Shown here piece after piece: positions 39,078 to 53,011 of a stretch of DNA of 64,000 nucleotides. A program made the position numbers and the translations under genes. Location: positions 39,494,001-39,558,000 of the forward strand of contig NC_043003.1 of assembly GCF_006345805.1 (NCBI RefSeq). The letters run 5' to 3'. The DNA comes from Octopus sinensis (taxonomy: Eukaryota). Each line of letters begins with the position of its first letter. The stretch's first letter is position 1. The notes beneath the pieces are model-generated. The model searched no databases and was not told where the DNA came from. It saw only the letters and a list, made by a program, of their open reading frames with translations.

Positions 39078-39599
39078 CTGTAACAGATGATCACCATGGT
39101 AACTAATAACAACACTGATTGACTTCAAATGAATTCTTTACTAGAGATATGGAGAAATATTAAAACTTTGGTACCATTACTATTACTACTACTACTACTA
39201 CTATTACACAATGCTATTGCAGCTCTTACCGTCACTACACTCTCACGACTATTACTACAACAATACTTTTATAACCACTCTTACTAACACCACTACTGTC
39301 GCTATACTACTGTTATTACCATTCCTACAACATATACATCAACCATACTACTACCACACCAACCACTACTACAACTGTTTGACATTGAATTATTGTAACA
39401 TTGATTATCTTCCTTGTATTGTTCTTCTTGCCTTCTTCCTTACTAGCATCTCTTGCTTAAAAGCCATCTGCTCAAAAGACAACTGATAACTGTCTAGTTC
39501 TCAGCTTAAGAAATGGGGAAATAAATTATTTTGACCAGGAAACCCTGAGTAGTGGTATTTAACAAGATTTGTGGTTTTTATTATAACATATATATTGGA

Positions 39600-39905
39600 A
39601 TGTAAAAAGCACCATCCGTACGTGGTCGATGCCAGCACCACATTGACTGGCTTCCGTGCCGGTGGCACGTAAAAAGCACCAACCGATCGTGGCCGTTGCC
39701 AGCCTCCCCTAGCACCTGTGCTGGTGGCACGTAAAAAGCACCCACTACACTCACAGAGTGGTTGGCGTTAGGAAGGGCATCCAGCTGTAGAAACACTGCC
39801 AGATCGGATTGAAGCCTGGTGCAGCCTCCTGGCTTCCCAGACCCTGGTCAAACCATCCAACCCATGCTAGCATGGAAAACAGATGTTAAACGATGATGAT
39901 GATGA
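39600..39905 (+). mobile_element. SINE with (GAT)n tail (other copies at about 5020-5270, 7620-7930, 23095-23340, 26480-26690, 51545-51890 and 63530-63760)
   Basis: Shared ggcgttaggaagggcatccagctgtagaaac core and catggaaa..cgttaaacgatgatgat tail. Confidence 0.8.
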
Positions 39906-40726
39906 TATATATATATATAACAAAGTGAAGTTGTAAGGTACTGCACAAGTGGAAATACATAAGAAAGAAGGTTTGAAAATGCAATTTTAAAGATGTTTAT
40001 TCACTTGACCAGTTTCACTTTTTTAGAAAAAGATTGTCAAAAGTAAAATGTAAAGCATTGTATAAGCTTTGTCGTGTTAAATACTGGTTGTCACAAAAGT
40101 ATAAAAATACAAATATACATTCTTTGATATAGATACTACCAAACAAACATGATTTTTTAGTGAACTCCTAATACTTTTTGTTGAATATTTTCTTAAATAC
40201 CTTCTTGTAAACTGTTTTTAACATTTTCTTATTATCAAAGAATGTATATATGTATCTTAATACTTTTGTGATAACTAGTAATTAACACAACAAAGCTTAT
40301 ACAAAGCTTTATTCCTTAAGCCTGCAATTGTCGGCTACACCGACCACATAATAACTACACTATGACAATCCTACCACTCTATGATGACAGCCTCTACTCA
40401 CTATGACAATTTTAATCAGCTATGAGGTACTGCTCCCATATCTGGGATAATTTAACACTTTTCATAACTTATAATTATTTGCCATTATTGCCTGCATGAT
40501 AATTTGTCAGATATAGAAGTGGGAAGTGATCTGAAACACCACATAAGAATTTTAAAAATTAAAATTTAACATGGCAATTTTAATTTCTACCTTCAAAACT
40601 ATATTTCTGAAAAATTTCTCTAAAACATATTCATTTTAAAGAAAGTTATAAGGAAACAAATTCAGGGGCGGAGATGCACATTGTTGTAATTATGCCACTA
40701 TAGTTATATCCAGTAGCAATACTGAC

Positions 40727-41012
40727 CTCCTTTTTGGCCTCAACTTCCACAGTATCCTGCTCAATTTTCACCATAAGTTTCTCAGTATCTTCAGATGTCT
40801 TTATTAGTTCTGGTTGCAACTCAGTCAGTTCCTGCTGCATTATAGACACTTGTGAAGCAGCAAATTGAAGCTGCTCCAAACCAGTTAGATAACGGGTCTT
40901 CATTGTTAGGATCTCGGTTCGTTTTGATGTCAAAAGATTTTTGAAGGTCATGATTAACTCCAAGTACGATGTTGGGGTGACATAATTGTGTCGTCGTAAG
41001 ATTTCGTAATAG
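40727..41012 (-). CDS. DNAH3: Dynein HC exon 7: (N)YYEILRRHNYVTPTSYLELIMTF...EVEAKKE, start of stalk CC1
   Basis: ccaaag acceptor and gtcagt donor; RHNYVTPTSYLELI motif; phase 2 in, phase 0 out. Confidence 0.94.
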
Positions 41013-41776
41013 CTTTGGGCGGAAGTTAAAAAAGAAAAAAAGGACAGGTTGAGGTTTAATCCATTTAATCAAAAATGATGAGAGCTGGCACTTGGTTATG
41101 TCCCATAACATTCTGAGTTCAAATTCCACATTGGATGACTTTAACATTCACCCTTTGAGGTTTATAAAATAAGAGCTAGCTAACTACAGGGGTGTATGTA
41201 ATTGACTATACTACTGAAAGTGTTGGCCCTTTAGTTTGCCGCATTTAGTAGGGCTATAGTAGAAGACACTTGCTCAAGGTGCCATGCAGTGGGACAGAAC
41301 CTGAAACCATGCGGTTACAAAGCAAACTTCTTAACCCCTCACTTCCTTTGACATGGCTGAACAATCAAGCCCAACCAGTCAGGATTCACAGGATGAATCC
41401 TGAATATAAAATGTAGCTCAAAAGACCTCCATTCAGGTGATTTTCTTGAGCAACCATCTCACCTTCATACACCAATCCATTACAAGGTAACCCAGTTACA
41501 GCTGAGAGGACCAGAGCAACATGAAATGAAGTATTTTGCTCAACGACACAATATGTAACTGGTCTGGGAGTTGAAACTATAATCTCATGTTCGTGAGTGC
41601 AACACTCTAACCACTGAGCCACATGACTTTCTTAACCACACTGCTATGCTCACATGTAAATATGGTTTATTAATCAAAGAGTGAACAGTAAATTTGCATT
41701 TATATTTTTAAAACAAAGTGAAAGAAATATTATGATTGCTTTTATGATGATGATAATAATAATTAATAATAATAAT

Positions 41777-41840
<64 letters not shown>

Positions 41841-43039
41841 TGTCTTGGTATAAAAGATGGGCTACAGCAAATATTCTGCTCAATACCACAGATTTGCTTG
41901 TCAGTTGTTTCACCTTAACCAGTTGACCATGTCCCTTAGTGGCTGATGATATGTGCAACTCTGATCACAAGCAGAAGTAGTCGGGGAGCATCATAGCCAT
42001 GTGTTGAAAGGAATTCTTAGAGGTTTGAATAATTCACCTTTGGAAACATGGGTGGCTCATTCAACATACTTAAACAATCTTTATTCAGGGACCTTTTGAG
42101 TAGGATTGGCTACTCGACCAGAAGAAAATTCTAACTGGGCCCCACCTGCAAGGTCATGCGCTGTTTATCTTGATATGAGATCACCATGTCACGCACATAT
42201 GGTTGTGATGCATGTGCCTGGTGTACCCTTATCAGACGGGTAGTCATGATGGGTATACAGGGCCTTATATATTTTACCCCAGTGTCACTTTGATGGCATA
42301 CACTTCTCTCTCAATCAATAATAATAATGATAATAATAATAACAATAATAATAAGGCCTGAAATTTCAGTGGGGAGGGAGTCAGTTGATTACAATGATCC
42401 AGTGCATAACTGGTACTTTTCTCATCAACTCTGAAAGGATGAGAGGCAAAGTTGACCTTGGTAGAATCTGAACTCAGAACGTAAAGATGTGCAAAATACC
42501 ACTAAGCATTTTGCCTGGTGCAATAACAATTCTACCAGCTCATCACTTTATTATTATTAATGATGATGATGATAATGGTTTCAAATTCTGGTACAAGGTC
42601 AGCAAGTTTGGGGGAGGGGGTAAGTGGATTATATCAACCCAAGTACTCGGCTGGTACTTATTTTATCAACCCCAAAAGCTTGAAAGGTAAAGTTGGTTAC
42701 AGCAGAATTTGAACTCAGAACGTCAAGACAGACAAAATACTGCTAAGCATTTTGCCCAGCATGCTGATGATTCTGTTAGCTCACCACCTTAATAATAATA
42801 ATCATAATAATAATAATAATAATAATGATGATGATGATGATGATGATGATAATAATATTAATCCTTTCTACTATAGGCACAAGGCCTGAAATTCTGCATA
42901 ACTGGTACTTAAATTATCAACACCGAAAGGATGAAATGTCAAGTTGACCCCAGTGACATTTGAACTCAGAACATGGAGACAGACAAAATACTAATAACCA
43001 TTTCGCCTGGAGTGCTAACAATTCTGCCAGCTCGACACC

Positions 43040-43101
<62 letters not shown>

Positions 43102-43108
43102 CATAATG

Positions 43109-43160
<52 letters not shown>

Positions 43161-44115
43161 ACTCATTGTACATAGCGCACAGGTGCACTACAACTCATCA
43201 GAGAAAGTAGCCAAAACTGCATGAACGGTACATAAAATATGCACAGGAAGTGAACAGTGAATAAGCTTTTAAAAAAATGATTACTTTTATAAACAAAAAT
43301 AGTAGAAAGCCCATTATATTGAAGCTTTGTTAACCTTTTAGCATTCAGATTACTTTGTCAAATGTCCACACTGTCAAAGACTCTTTCAGGCACAGATTGG
43401 CCTCGCTAGCCATCTGCAAACTCACAAAACAAGCTCACCCCCACCCCAGAATGATTAGATGGTTTTCGTTGCATCGAAGGACAAACAACACACACAGCTT
43501 CTGTGTATATTTTATAAAGGAATTGTTGCATGTGATGCAAGAACATGCAAACCATAAGCAAACAATGTAAAAGAAAAAGAGATATGGAAAGCTACTACTA
43601 GCACTCCACTGGTTATGATGAGGGTTCCAGTTGGTCCAATCAATGGAACAGCCTGCTCATGAAATTAATGTGTAAGTGGCTGAGCACTCCACATACATAC
43701 ATACCTTTAATGTAGTTCTCAGGGAGATTCAGCATGACACAGAATACGACAAGGCTAGCCCATTGAATTACAGGTACAACTCATTTTTGCCAGCTGAGTG
43801 GAATGGAGCCATGTGAAATAAAGTGTCTTGCTCAAGGACACAACACAGCTCAACCCAGGAATCAAATCTATGACCTTACGATTGTAAGCTGATTACCCTG
43901 ACCACTAAACCACATGCCTTCATTAACATGGAAAACATTACAACTTTAATTAGCTGCTTTCAGCAATGATTAAATGAGGTTACAAGTTTATCCTTAGTGA
44001 ACCACTAAAATGGTGAATCAAAAAAGCTTAAAAAAGGAAATACACTAAAAGCCCATCAATTTCCAAGGTAAAGCAGAAGGGTATAGGATGAGAATGGAAA
44101 AAAGTTGTTACTCAC

Positions 44116-44249
44116 TTCTCGGACATTAGACGAACTGATTCATGGAAATGTTTGCACATCACAACACATTCATGCTTGGTAGATTCATCCATTTCAGTTT
44201 CCTCCAGAAATTTGTTGGCAACCATCTCCAGAGCATCTGGAGGCCAAGC
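44116..44249 (-). CDS. DNAH3: Dynein HC exon 6: AWPPDALEMVANKFLEETEMDESTKHECVVMCKHFHESVRLMSE
   Basis: Not in the ORF track; translated by hand. ttatag acceptor and gtgagt donor; WPxDALExVANKFL motif. Confidence 0.95.
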
Positions 44250-44489
44250 CTATAAAGATAAGCTCTTAATATATAGAACTGTTGGTGGCAAAACTGTTAC
44301 AATGTCAGACAAAATACTTAATGGCATTTCGTCAGTTTTTACTTTTGGAATTCAAATTCTGCCAAAGTTGACTTCACCTTTTATCCTTTCACAGTTGATG
44401 AAATAAAGTACCCGTTGAGCACTAAATCATACAGCAGATTATAATAGTGTTGATGTATGTATGCCCCGGACATGTACACTCTGGACATG

Positions 44490-45130
44490 TATGCTCAGGA
44501 TGAAACACGGGCCCATCACAATGATCCTGAGACTAAAGTCCAGCTGAAGCAATGGAAACATAACCCACCACCTCCAAAGAATGCTTGCAGGCAAGGTGAT
44601 GCTCACAGTCTTTTGGGACTAGCACATAGTAATGATGATGGATTTTCTGGCAAAGAGGACCACAAATATTATGTGTCTTTGTTGCAGAAATTGTGGGACA
44701 CCATCAAAGCAGAGAGATATGGTATGCTGACCAAAGAAGTCTGCCTCCTCCAAGACAACACCCCAGTTCACAATGTGTGTGTTGCCCAGATGAAAGCGCA
44801 CTCATGCAGCTATGAAATCCTTCCTCATTCCTCTTACTCTCCCAACCTTGCACCATCTGACTTCCACCTCTTTTCAACCATGAAGTCTTTTTTGAAGAGG
44901 AAGCACTTTGCAGATGATGATGAACTTATTTCCAAGGTAAAGTCTTGGCTCCAGACATAACCTACTGACTTCTATAGACGAGGTCTTCACAGCTGCATAA
45001 AGTGATAGGATAAGTGTGTCACCATTGGTGGTGGTCATGCAGAGAAGGACTGAATAATTATGCCGTGTTTTGTTTATCCCAGTCCTTGGAAAGTGGATCA
45101 GGGGAAATCTTTAATGAACACCCCATGTAT
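44490..45130 (+). mobile_element. Mariner transposase C-terminal remnant
   Basis: LLQDNTPVH and YSPNLAPSDFHLF motifs of DD34D transposases in ORF 44457-44960. Confidence 0.85.
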
Positions 45131-45829
45131 GAGTATATATATAAGGTGAGTATATATGGATAAATTCTCAGGTACATTTCAGGTTTCAACTAACCACATC
45201 AAGTAGAAATAAACATAAATAATCACGTAGTATGAGCAATCCCACTGTAATTCTTTTGATGGATAACTCCAGGTTTACTTCCCTGGATTATGAATATTAT
45301 CAGAAGTGTAAATTTCAAACAATTACAAAGAATATGGAGACTGGTAAATCTCAAAAGCAGTATAGCAATGAAAACAGCAGAGAAAGATTGGGTCTTGTCT
45401 CTAAAATACTAACACATTCAGTGCCTTCAAAATTTGTTTATAAAATGTTCTTACATTTGTAAAGCTATTATTTAGCATTAAAATTGATGGTGATTGTTGG
45501 TTAGAGCACGCAGATAGTGCCTGATGGGTACGGGGTTTCACTCCCTGTAGCTGCCTACTGGCAACATTTTTCCATCTTCTAAGACTAAATACCCAATCTT
45601 TCTCTACTGTTTTCACAGCTATACTGCATTTGAAATTTACTTTCTAGTCTGTAAAATAAATAGATATGTATGTGTGTTTGTGTGTGTACAAGATGTCTGA
45701 GCAAAATTTGACAGTTTGCATAAAAGGAAAAGAAAACACAATATTCCATCCAAAAATAGAAGTTTTTTTTTTTTAAATCAAAAAACTGCAACTAGACTAT
45801 GGCTGAGATATAACAATTTACCCAATGTA

Positions 45830-46745
45830 GCCACCCTCATCTTACACCACAGCCTCAAGTTGGCTCTAGAACTTGCACATACAACCCTTGTTGTGTCCTT
45901 GGGATGTTTGTTGAGCACTGCCTTGATCTTGATCACCAACTTGGCCTTGGTGTTGCAGGCAAAGCAGTTGGTGTCTTTCTAAACTATACTCCACACAGTA
46001 ATTCATGAGGTTACAATCGAAGGAATTAGTAGGGCCAGAAACTGGTGATGGTGAAGTCATAGAAAGTCTTTGACAACCACTTCTGACTTTTTCTGGAGGT
46101 ATGGCAAGGAGCTAAATCCTTCCAGCAGCAGCTCTTTCAAGCCAGAGTCTGACCACAGTATTTAACAGCTTCATGTTGATGTGTGAATTGAGCCTAAGGC
46201 CCTGTTGAAAGATATTGAATAATATGATGTCACCCTCACAGGAAACACACCCAAAGACCATCACAGTTTGGGGGAATTTATTTTCATATGTGGGGCATCA
46301 CATGGATTGTAGGCAAGCCACCAGTTGTTCTGAAGGTTATGCAACTGATCCTGGCAGAAGTTCTTTTCATCTGAGAAGTAGATTGTCACTAGCTCAACAG
46401 GATACCTCATTTTGTTTAGGAGCTTCTTTGCCTTCATCAAGCAGTTCTCATTTGCCTTGGCTGTCAGAATTTGTCCCTTGTACCTCTTGTACAAATAGAA
46501 GCAAAGAGCCTCATTCAGAGCCTCCTTTATGATGGAGATGCTAGCAACCATCTATCTCACCAAATCCCAGATTCTCTTGCTTGGATCTTCCATCATCTTG
46601 TTCTGCAGTTAATGGATGAATTCTGACAGTCAATGAATGAATGCCTGCTATATCCCTTTTTGCTGCCCATGGCTTTGTAGTCTCCATTGCAGCTGTCACT
46701 GTCACATCTTACAGCCTCTATAGAGCATTGAGCAGCAGTAGTGAT
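45830..46745 (-). mobile_element. Degenerate Tc1/mariner (maT-like) transposase remnant
   Basis: IYFSDEKNF.QDQ.HN.QN..WLA motif in ORF 46261-46551; boundaries approximate. Confidence 0.65.
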
Positions 46746-47881
46746 ATTGGCATTTTAATATTAGGCACAAACCACCATGATACAGGTAACTCTTTTCTGG
46801 TATTCTGATGGATTCCAGTCCTCCATGCCAGCTAACTTTTTCTCAGCTACAACTTTATGCTCACTAATGCCATTAACTTTTCACCAATACATCAAGCTGT
46901 TCCTGACAAAAGATGTTTGTATTTTTATGTGTATACACACTAGACACACACACATACACACAGAGGTACAGCCTGCATGGTCTAGTAGTTAAGAGGCCCA
47001 TTTTGCAATCACAAGATCCAAGGTTCAATCTCATTGTGCAGCATCTTGAGCAAGTGTCTTTTGCTACTGTCTTGGGTCAACCTCAGCATTGTGAATGAAA
47101 CAGGGTCAACAGGGAACTATGTAGATGTTTGTTAGATGAATTGCTGCTGTAATTCAAAGGTCTACCTTAGTCACACACTGTGCCACACTGACTCTACTCG
47201 AGAATTACATTAAATAGTACACCAAGGCAGAAAGCTGGGCAAAATGCTTAGTGGTGCTTCGTCTGTCATCATATTCTGAGTTCAAATGCTGCCAGGGTCG
47301 ACTTTGCTTTTCATCCTTTTGGGGCCGATAAATCAAGTACCAGTTATACATTGGGGTCAATGTAATCGACTGGTCCCCTCACCCAAAATGCCGGGTCTTG
47401 TGCCTATAGAAGAAAGGATTAAATAGTACACCTGTCTGTAGAATACTCAGCCTCTTTATAAATTATTTCAATAAACTGATTGAATGGATGGATGGAGAGA
47501 TGGATGGCATCAAAGGCTGCTCAGAAGAATGAATATTTTCCTATATTTGTATGTGCACATACAATAGCTGTATACTGGAAAGCGCATTAGTGAACTATAT
47601 AAGGTGTGTTTGTGTATACGTCTGTCTGTCTCTCTCTCTTTGTCCATCTGTCTCTCTCTCCCTCTCTCCCCAAAGATGTGTGTGTGTGTGTGTGTGTGTG
47701 TGTGCTATAGACAGCATCTACATCAGTGTTCTGTGTCACATGTGAACATGTTTCTATGCACATATGTGTAGGTATGTGGATGCTTAAGAGAGAGCATGTC
47801 TGTGAGTGGATGAGTATATGCATGCATATCATACACAGAATCCCCAGCATTAGTTTATCATGAAAACGAATTGCAACTTAC

Positions 47882-48049
47882 CTTGAACCAATCAATGGTA
47901 CAACAGTTTATCAATGATGGAAACATACGGAGACGATTTCGAAAAGCATCTCCGATGGGACTAAGAGTGAGGGCAACATGAAGGTTTACCTTCACTCGAT
48001 CAATGAAGAAATTATACAGGGCCAATGGTGACGCATCTATCTTTCTCCC
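47882..48049 (-). CDS. DNAH3: Dynein HC exon 5: GRKIDASPLALYNFF...SPIGDAFRNRLRMFPSLINCCTIDWFK
   Basis: ttacag acceptor and gtaagt donor; diagnostic SPIGDAFRNRLRMFPSLINCCTIDWF. Confidence 0.97.
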
Positions 48050-49533
48050 CTGTAAACAACAGCAAAAACAATAAAAATAATATTTCATTTTATCCTCATA
48101 GAAAGGAGGGTCTGAACAAGACTCTCTAGATCACGCACCTTTGATTTCAAACTGGACAAATGGAAAACTAACATGTATTGGCATTTCATCTTGAAGAGTG
48201 ACCAATCTGATTTAAAACTTAGGCAAGCAGAACCTTATTAACATTTTCAAGTAGGCTGTGCTGGGAAAGGAAACTCTAACCAATATTCTTAATAGTTGCC
48301 AAAGCTACTCTGAAGTATCTCTGGTCCAAACAAAAAAAATGTTTCATTTTCTGTTATGATTTTTGGCTTCATCATTAGAATTTAGATGGGCTGAAAAGTG
48401 AACCACCAATGAGGGATTCAGTTTATAAATAACGGATTTCTATAAAAATGTACAATCCACAAATTTTTAAGGATAAGATTGATAATACTGGTACTTATTT
48501 TATTAATCCCTAGAAAGGTGAAAAGGCAGAAAAATCTATGTCAGGAGAACCATGAATTCCCTAATATGGTGGATATCTATTATAGACTAATTTCCTCTGA
48601 GAGTGAAAAAGTATTGACAGAATATAAATAACAAAGTCTTAATTCAGTTCTGTGTGCACAGATGATAATCAGGTGAGAGGGTATTTTAGGAAAGGACAGT
48701 TAGTACCAAGTGATGACAGTTAATTACTATTTAGACTCACCTCCTGACATACAGAAATTAAATTCAATCTATAAACTATTATGTATAATAATTATGCTAT
48801 GGAAACAAAAGTGATCTTTTAAAGATATGCAGGCTGTAGTGTTGGGTTTGTTTTAAAATGGTAAATATTGTTGATTCTAATAAAGTGGAAATGATAAATA
48901 TAATAACAAAGTAAACTTAATTATTAATAGTTACAGCAAAACATGAATACTAAGCTAGTGTCAAAATACAATAGCATTTATATCATAACATACTACAACT
49001 TAACAACATAAGCACAGTGAATATCTCAACTGAAAATCTATCACTATAAGCCTCAAGATAGCAAAGGAGAATGGGCACCAGCCAGCCCAAAGGTTGGGGT
49101 GGTATGCATCTGCCTACCTTGGTTGCTATGGCATTGAGGTAGATCTGGCCACCTCCGTTAACAGGGACAAAACCAGGGTTTAAAACACTGGATGATGATG
49201 ATGATGATGAAAAGCAACATCTCACCATGTGAGCCAATGAGGGAAGCCTATTTGTAGTTAAAAACCTTCTAGAAATAACAGCCAACACCCCTCAAATTCC
49301 ACCGACAAAACTTAAAAACGAAGGGAAACATTGGACAATGTAGTCGCCGATAAGATAATCCATAGTGGAATGTCTTGAAACAAGGGGTCATCTTGAAATG
49401 GAGCAACTTGAAGCGAAATAACACCACTCCATCAACATCGTTACTGCAAGTAATAACACAACTACCACCATGACTCACACCACTGCAATCAACACTAGTA
49501 CCACCAGTAAGTAATACAACAAAAACGACTCAC

Positions 49534-49719
49534 CTCATGACGTGCAGCACCCTGCATCTTCTCAATGATCTCAGCTTTCTCATCAGAAGCATAGAGATTG
49601 GGAACAGCTCCAGTGTTAAGAATCATACTGATATCTTCCATAAAACTTTCATCTTTGATTTGGTTGTCAGAGAAGAGAAACACATGAGGCTTGGCATTGC
49701 ACCCTGTACGTAATAACAA
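49534..49719 (-). CDS. DNAH3: Dynein HC exon 4: LLLRTGCNAKPHVFLFSDNQIKDESFMEDI...MQGAARHE
   Basis: tacag acceptor and gtgagt donor; VFLFSDNQIKDESF motif; 186 nt, phase 0-0. Confidence 0.95.
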
Positions 49720-50620
49720 CTGTAATAGTGGAAATTATAGTCAGCATGATAAACAACAAAATGTAATTCAAACAGTTGATAAAATTACATGAGAGCACGT
49801 ACATAGTCGGGTGGTCGGCGACTAAACTGGCAACCCCACCAAGCTTGCTTGGTGAGGAGGGCGTTTATTGGACACCCTGTGGGATGAAAAACAAAACTCA
49901 TCAAAGGGAAGGGGAACTCTTGAGAGTCAACGGCCATCTAATAAATGTCTTAAGGTTGTATCATGCACGGGGACATAGAAATAATCGGACTGAATACCCG
50001 ATCGCGCGGTTAAACCATTGGGAGTGAAGGACTCCTAGCCTTTGTTAGGGCATCCTTCTAGAAGGTAACTCAGGTAACTGGGATAACTCCGACATAAAAC
50101 CTGCGGCTCGGTGGTTACCGATGATGTTGACTTGTTCTTCTTTTCGTATTATGGCTGCTGTTGCTTAGTGAGTGGGATTGACTCAGTGCACAGCCTTTCT
50201 TCACTTTAAAAAAAATTTTCTTGCACAGGCATTGCATGATAACAACATTGATTAAGCTTCGTGCAATGGCCATACTTGATAACGAGGAGGCAGCCACCAT
50301 ATATATATGTATGTATGTATATATATATATATAAATTTAAGTCACAATATATGGATTCAATTTATTCAATGGTACTCATAAAAAAAGCTCCTTAATGTAT
50401 TATTCTACAAAACATATAGAATATATAGTACAAGAGAAAAACACTCTTTATGTTTTCCTTTTGTATTGTTATTTATATATATATATATATCATCCGACCC
50501 ATGCTAGCATGGAAAGCGGATGTTAAACGATGATGATATATATATATATATATATATACATATATATATAACCCATGCTAGCATGGAGAACGGACGTTAA
50601 ATGATGATGATATATATATA

Positions 50621-51520
50621 CAAGGGGGTACCCAAAAGAAACCGGAATTTTGCAATATTAATTTATTCACTTCGTTTTACATGTTTACATTTTTATTGCC
50701 TTCAAAATATTCCCCATTTGAAGCAATGCATCAGAACTGAAGCATTTTCCACTGTTCAAAGCAATGCTGGAACTCTTGTGAAGTGATGCCTTTTAATGCC
50801 TCCATCATTTTCTTCACCTCTTCCACATCCACACATTCTATAGCACCACCTTTTCTCACCTGTGATGGCCTTCAGAAAAAGGTCCGGATCAACTTCCAAC
50901 TGCTCTTTCAGTTCATGACATGCATTCACTTGTGACTGCTATCGATCTGCCATGAGCAAGCAAGTCACAAATTTTGTTGCAACTCTTTTCATTTGTAATT
51001 CCTCGCACAATATTCATTGGCAGGAGCTGCAGGACACATCATTCATATCAACAAGTTCATCCATTATTTGGTGACTGCCTTCCAAGATCAGTTCAAGAAT
51101 TTTCGTGCTTTCATTTGTTCAGGAGGTCGACAGTCATCCTGAATGAGGTTGGTCCTCAAATGACAAGTGACCATTCCCAAAGTGTCGAAACCACTTGTAA
51201 ACTTGTATTATGCTCATGGCAGCATCCTTGTATGCTGTTTGAAGCATGACAGCTGTTTCAGGTGCTGTTTTCCTCAGCAGAAAACAGAATTTCAAAGAAG
51301 CACACTGTTCCCCGGTTTCAGTCATTGCAAAAATCAACAAACACTGGGGAAGCACTGCAAAACAAAGATGCACCATGTGGCAGTACAACTTCATTGGACA
51401 ATACTGGATGGCATGCTGATGCCTGAAGGTTGCACCAAGTGGCTTCTAGCGATGGAAGCCTGAACTACAATGGGTTTGTTCCACAGAGAACATTTCCTAT
51501 TACCTTTGGGTACCCTCTTG
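50621..51520 (-). mobile_element. Internally deleted mariner element
   Basis: TIRs caagggggtacccaaaag / cctttgggtaccctcttg; HTH remnant EQCASLKFCF..KTA.ET..MLQTAY.D.AMS..QVYKWF..F.NG. Confidence 0.85.
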
Positions 51521-52003
51521 TGTGTGTGTATATCATTATCATCATCATCATCTTTTAATGTCCGCTTTCCATGATGGCATGGGTTGGATGGTTTGGCTGA
51601 GGACTGGCAAGCCAGAAAGCTGCACCAGGCTTCAATCTGATCTGAAAAGGTTTCTACAGCTGGATGCTCTTTCTAATGTCAACCACTCCAAGAGTGTAGT
51701 GGGTGCTTTTTATATACCACCAACACAGGGGCCAGTCAGGTGACATGCATCAACCGTGCTCGAATGGCGCTTTTTACATGCCACCAGCACAAGTGCCAGT
51801 CAGGAGGCATTGTGGCATCAGTCACACTCAAATGGTGTTTTCACATGCCACTGGCATGGGTATCAGTCAGAAGGCACTGGCATCTGACTGAGAGTGAAAG
51901 AAAGAACGAGTACATGTGTGTATGCATGTATGTAAGCATGCACATGTGTGAATGATTCAGAAAAGAAAAAGTAAGAGATTGTGAGAAAGAGAGAGACAGA
52001 AAC

Positions 52004-52128
52004 CTTCTTCAAATCCTCCTTCCACTCATTATTAGTGTAATTACGTGTTATCTCAATTTGGAAAAGGTCATATTCAGCCATGTGGCAAGCCAGCTTGGTC
52101 ACACTCTGTCGACCACTCCCTCCAATAC
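52004..52128 (-). CDS. DNAH3: Dynein HC exon 3: [45 protein letters not shown]4 P-loop
   Basis: cctag acceptor and gtttct donor; AAA4 Walker-A-like GIGGSGRQS. Confidence 0.95.
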
Positions 52129-52431
52129 CTAGGTATAAAAAGAAACAAAAAAAAAAACAGTACAGAATTGAGTAAGACACAGTTACAGATACAGAATGAA
52201 TTATTATCCAAAGGATATGTATGCATTGCTCAATTACATAGATAACTAATCTGAAAACTTACATATCAAATGTACGTATGTGTGTGTGTATGTGTGTGTG
52301 TACGCACACGAGTATGTGTATGTATGTGCATGTGTGCATATAGGGTGTTTGAAGTGGTGTACATATATTGTATATTAAGAAAAAGGAGGTCGTCAGAACT
52401 ATCCAAAATTCTAACTGCCTTCTTTTTCTTA

Positions 52432-52472
<41 letters not shown>

Positions 52473-52949
52473 CTATATATAAATATATATATAGTATATA
52501 CATATATATATATAAATATATATGTATATGTATATCTATATATATATACATATTTATATATACTATATAACTAAGCTAAGAGCATTAGATTCCTTGGAAG
52601 AAAGCAGCGAATGTATATGAAAACAAGGATATAAAAAAATGAAGAAATGTTACACAAATGCAAATAACAGGACATAACATCAGGTGTACATTTGCTGCTT
52701 TCTTCCAAGGAATCTAATGCTCTTAGCTTAGTTTTTCCTTGGGGCTGGCCAGATTGGAGCAATCTCGAGTATAACCACCTGAAATGGCAAAGATGATCTG
52801 GAACTCGTCTGATGAAAGAAAACTCCGACTGACCCATCCTTGTTTCCTTTGTATCGTCTGTCTGGATGTTTTGTGTTCTTCTCCCATTTTTATATGTTTT
52901 ATATATAAAACTATAGTGGCGTACATACACTTTGGTCTCTTATATGTAA

Positions 52950-53011
<62 letters not shown>

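Noticed and set aside
49795-50118. GC-richer island resembling an RTE 5' UTR, possibly with an HDV-like ribozyme
   Set aside because: I could not build the nested double pseudoknot by eye, and the segment looks truncated. It would need an RNAMotif/Infernal HDV search.
50490-50612. Direct repeat of a 45-bp sequence separated by (AT)n
   Set aside because: Two very short 5'-truncated tails of the common (GAT)n SINE family; ordinary.
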